Of a stretch of 64,000 bases of DNA, positions 61,101 to 64,000 are shown one piece after another (positions within the stretch are counted from its first letter, which is position 1; every line of letters starts with the position of its first letter). Both the position numbers and the translations under genes were made by a program. This DNA is from Aplysia californica (Eukaryota), in the NCBI RefSeq assembly GCF_000002075.1, contig NW_004797313.1, forward strand, positions 1,689,455-1,753,454, given 5' to 3'. Below the pieces are notes generated by a model. It saw only the letters and a program-made list of their open reading frames with translations. It was not told where the DNA came from and did not search any database.

Positions 61101-62749
61101 GTATGCATCAATGTGTGTGCATACGTGAAGGTGAACCTTGGAGAAATGAGACATGATCATATGAATGCCTTTTTGTCAGTCCATTCAATATGTTTTATAG
61201 CTTAGGTTATAACATTTTATAAATATCTATTACTATTAATCAGTATTTGACACTAATTAATAGCCCATACCAATAAAGACTTTAGAATAGTTTCCTAACA
61301 ATGACATGCCGATAAAAGGCATTGAGATCATGTCTAACATAATTATAAAAATCCTGTATACTCGGCCGGTGAGAAAAAGCCAGGGCATCATAAACTATCA
61401 AAATCATGTCAAGCTTTCAGCATTCACGGGTCCCAGAAAGCATGCAAGATAACATTTGTTACAGTGATTAGATCTTCACAGTAGAAGAAAGCTGAAAGGA
61501 AGCGTGTACTCACTGCCAAAGTTAAAAAGACAATGCAGTGGCACTGAAAATCTGGTCCCTTTCAAAAAGTCAATTTACCTGTCTTAATAAGCTATAAAAA
61601 AAAAATGGTTCTCAGAGTATAGAAATCAAAATCTATTTACCACAGTCCTGTCTTTCACTGTACCAACTTCCTTAAAATCTCATTTACTCCTGGGTTCCAG
61701 AAATTTCTATTCAAATTCCAAGGTCATTGATTGCTCTTCAGAGATGTAAGACATTTCAAGAACAAGAGTAACTGACATATGTCTCTGAGAAATCAGTAAA
61801 TTTATGAACTTACAGAAAACCAGTCTTTAGGCTGGGTGAGTGACAACTGATTGATGACTGGATCTCCTTTGAATTGCTTTACTTTCAGTTCCATATTTTG
61901 GCGATCTATGGGCCTAGGGGTTAATCGTGCTACTCTGTGGTGCAAAGGTTTGGGGAGTCCAATATACAGCTCTATACCTGAAAGAGCAAAAAAAAAAAAA
62001 AAATGAATTACATGGCAAAGACCACAGGTAGCCTACCAATGGGTGCTAACCAAATTCTTGGAAAGTAGTATAAAATGTCCAATGTATAGTTTCAAAACTG
62101 AAGAAGAAGGATAAAAAGAAAAATGAAATCCATTAAGGCTACCACCACTACCAAGCAAATAGCTTTTAAGATGTCAAACTAGTTTTGGGTAGGGAAATTT
62201 GAAACCTCAAAGGTATGACTTCATACCTGAAGAAAAAAAAAAACAGACTGGAAAAGCATCTTTGAGGAGCAAAGTCCTCCATTTTATCAAGTTAACTTTC
62301 AGCAGACTGTTTTTGTTTCTTTTTGTGAAGTGTTACACAAGACATAAGGTATACAGGTTGAAATGAGGAAGGAGAGGAAGAAGGAAGAGAAGATACTCTG
62401 ATGTAACACCGTAAATATCATTCATGTACATCTGAGCATATAAAAATAAATAGTGCAGACTACACACTGGCAATTCAGACCATGCTAGTAATGCTAGGCT
62501 TTATGAACACACGTGTGAGTCAGTGGTGTCAGAGTGAATTTGTGGTGCAAAATCGGGCCAAAGAAAGCTGCCACTGTCAATTCCTTTGAAAGGCAGACCA
62601 CCACTACCTATATTATCTTATATTACCAAAGGGTTCAGCAATTTCCTCTTGAAAGTACTGTGACAAGCTTCGCTTTTTTCTGTCCACTCTTCGAACAATT
62701 TGGTCCAAGTACAGGCCTATGGTCAGTACGTGATACCCATGTGCCTCTC
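58143..62749 (-). CDS. Serine beta-lactamase-fold / family VIII esterase-like protein (LACT-like), 3' part only. Exons 62749-62627, 61977-61814, 60114-59860, 58400-58143. C-terminal SKL
   Basis: Phase-consistent GT-AG exons: GEAHGYHVLTIGLYLDQIVRRVD...YFQEEIAEPFG / IELYIGLP...RVARL / ELPCPSSHGVGTA...LLS / FGHSGFG...ADP...WAYLTN. These are the Tyr motif and HxG motif of the PBP/beta-lactamase fold. I did not find the exons carrying SxxK; they presumably lie beyond the window end. Confidence 0.88.
60568..60930 (+). mobile_element. Non-LTR retrotransposon RNase H fragment inside a lactamase-gene intron
   Basis: WIFCPGHSGVKGNDEAD is the retroelement RNase H C-terminal motif; frameshifted; short gacaagtaa tail. 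Confidence 0.8.
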
Positions 62750-64000
62750 CTGTGAATAAAACAAGAGAAATTTGACTCTAGAGGCAAATGAAATCATGGT
62801 GTACACATGGCTAAACAAGAGATTGATATTCAATGAGAATGTATGGTAAGAATGAAGGCTTGTTAGTCTAGAGGGAAGGCGCTGATAACTACATCTGTAC
62901 TTAACATTCATTCATACATGAGCCTTTGCCAATAGGTGAGGGTTTCTTCATATACCTTACAAAATCCTTTCCTGTTCCCATAAAAATGGTGCTACAGCTT
63001 TAAAATTTGTATTTGTGCTTAATATGATGTTTCAGCTATGGGAGCAGAGAAATAACAGTCGGGCTATCAGAAGAAATCTTACAAATATATTTTTAGTTCT
63101 GAAATCAATGTATTTTTAGAATTCAAAACGTGACGCGTTAGTTCATACTTTTCTGTCGTCAAGTTCAACAATGACAAATAATTGCTGAGAAACTCATCCG
63201 TCTACATTTGTACTACTATAACTACATTAATTGTGGTGCTATATCAGGAATAATGATATCTGTAGCTGTTTTTTTTTTTGTGAGCCTTCTTGATTTTAAT
63301 TTTCTAGCAAAACTCATGTAGTCATTTCACAAGACAACTTCGATTCCCTGTGACTCCATTTTTATCGCCCATTTTGGGGCCCTGGAACGAGCATAGTATT
63401 GTTCAATGTTTACTCTCTGCCCTGACTGATTCTGAGGCTCTGACAGTGCGTAATTTCGCAGTAATCGGAAATCCCGCGACGCCTCGAGCTCTGTCATCAT
63501 TTGTTATGCTCGAAAGAACCAATCAGAAAAAGAGAAATAATAGAGGTGGAGGAACGTGCTTTGTTCCTGTTGATCCATTCAAAGCGTAACGTTGTGCGAT
63601 GCAAGACAGCAAGAAGAAGAATGGTGGATTAGACGAATTCATTTAAGTTTTCTTATGTCGTCATCAAATCTTAACATATTACGTTTAAAAAAAGCTGTTA
63701 TGTCCGCAAATGTTCCCCCCCCCCCCCCCTTTAATTAAATTTAAACTAAGTAATGATTAACATCGCACTGCATTCCAATGGTCAAGTAGTAGTGGATCTA
63801 GATGCGACCACACATGCTTGGCTAGATGTCAACGAGAGAGGAAAATTTGATGTAAATTAATTATATGTTCCAAAAGGACGACAAACATTTATTCATGTGT
63901 CATCGTAGTTATATTCGAAAGATATTTGGTATTTTGCATAGAGTCATAGTAAAATGTGAATTAAGTGGCATTTTTTCACAATTAGCATGCATTGTGAGTC

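Noticed and set aside
58143-62749. Bacterial contamination or an antibiotic-resistance gene
   Set aside because: It has spliceosomal introns with host repeats inside them, and this fold is native to many animals.

Overview
AT-rich, repeat-rich animal genomic DNA from a draft assembly with four N gaps. An invertebrate origin, possibly a mollusc, is only an inference from the repeat content. Two genes converge. (1) A complete + strand PLA2G6/iPLA2-beta gene (ankyrin repeats plus patatin domain). I assembled it by hand into 16 phase-consistent GT-AG coding exons from ATG 10766 to stop 45613 (2451 nt, 816 aa). Four of these exons (1, 2, 8, 12) are missing or in the wrong frame in the ORF track. 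(2) The last four coding exons of a - strand serine beta-lactamase-fold (family VIII esterase / LACT-like) gene, 62749-58143, whose protein ends in the peroxisomal signal SKL. The remainder is transposon debris: a decayed MULE transposase, RTE, L2/Rex-like and RNase H LINE fragments, three tRNA-derived SINE families, mariner- and piggyBac-type MITEs, and microsatellites. The most interesting unexplained structure is a set of candidate alternative exons at the PLA2G6 ankyrin/linker junction: a 9-nt microexon, a 39-nt exon, a 32-nt frameshifting exon and a tandemly duplicated branch point. I found no convincing novel multi-gene system, CRISPR array or bona fide RNA gene.
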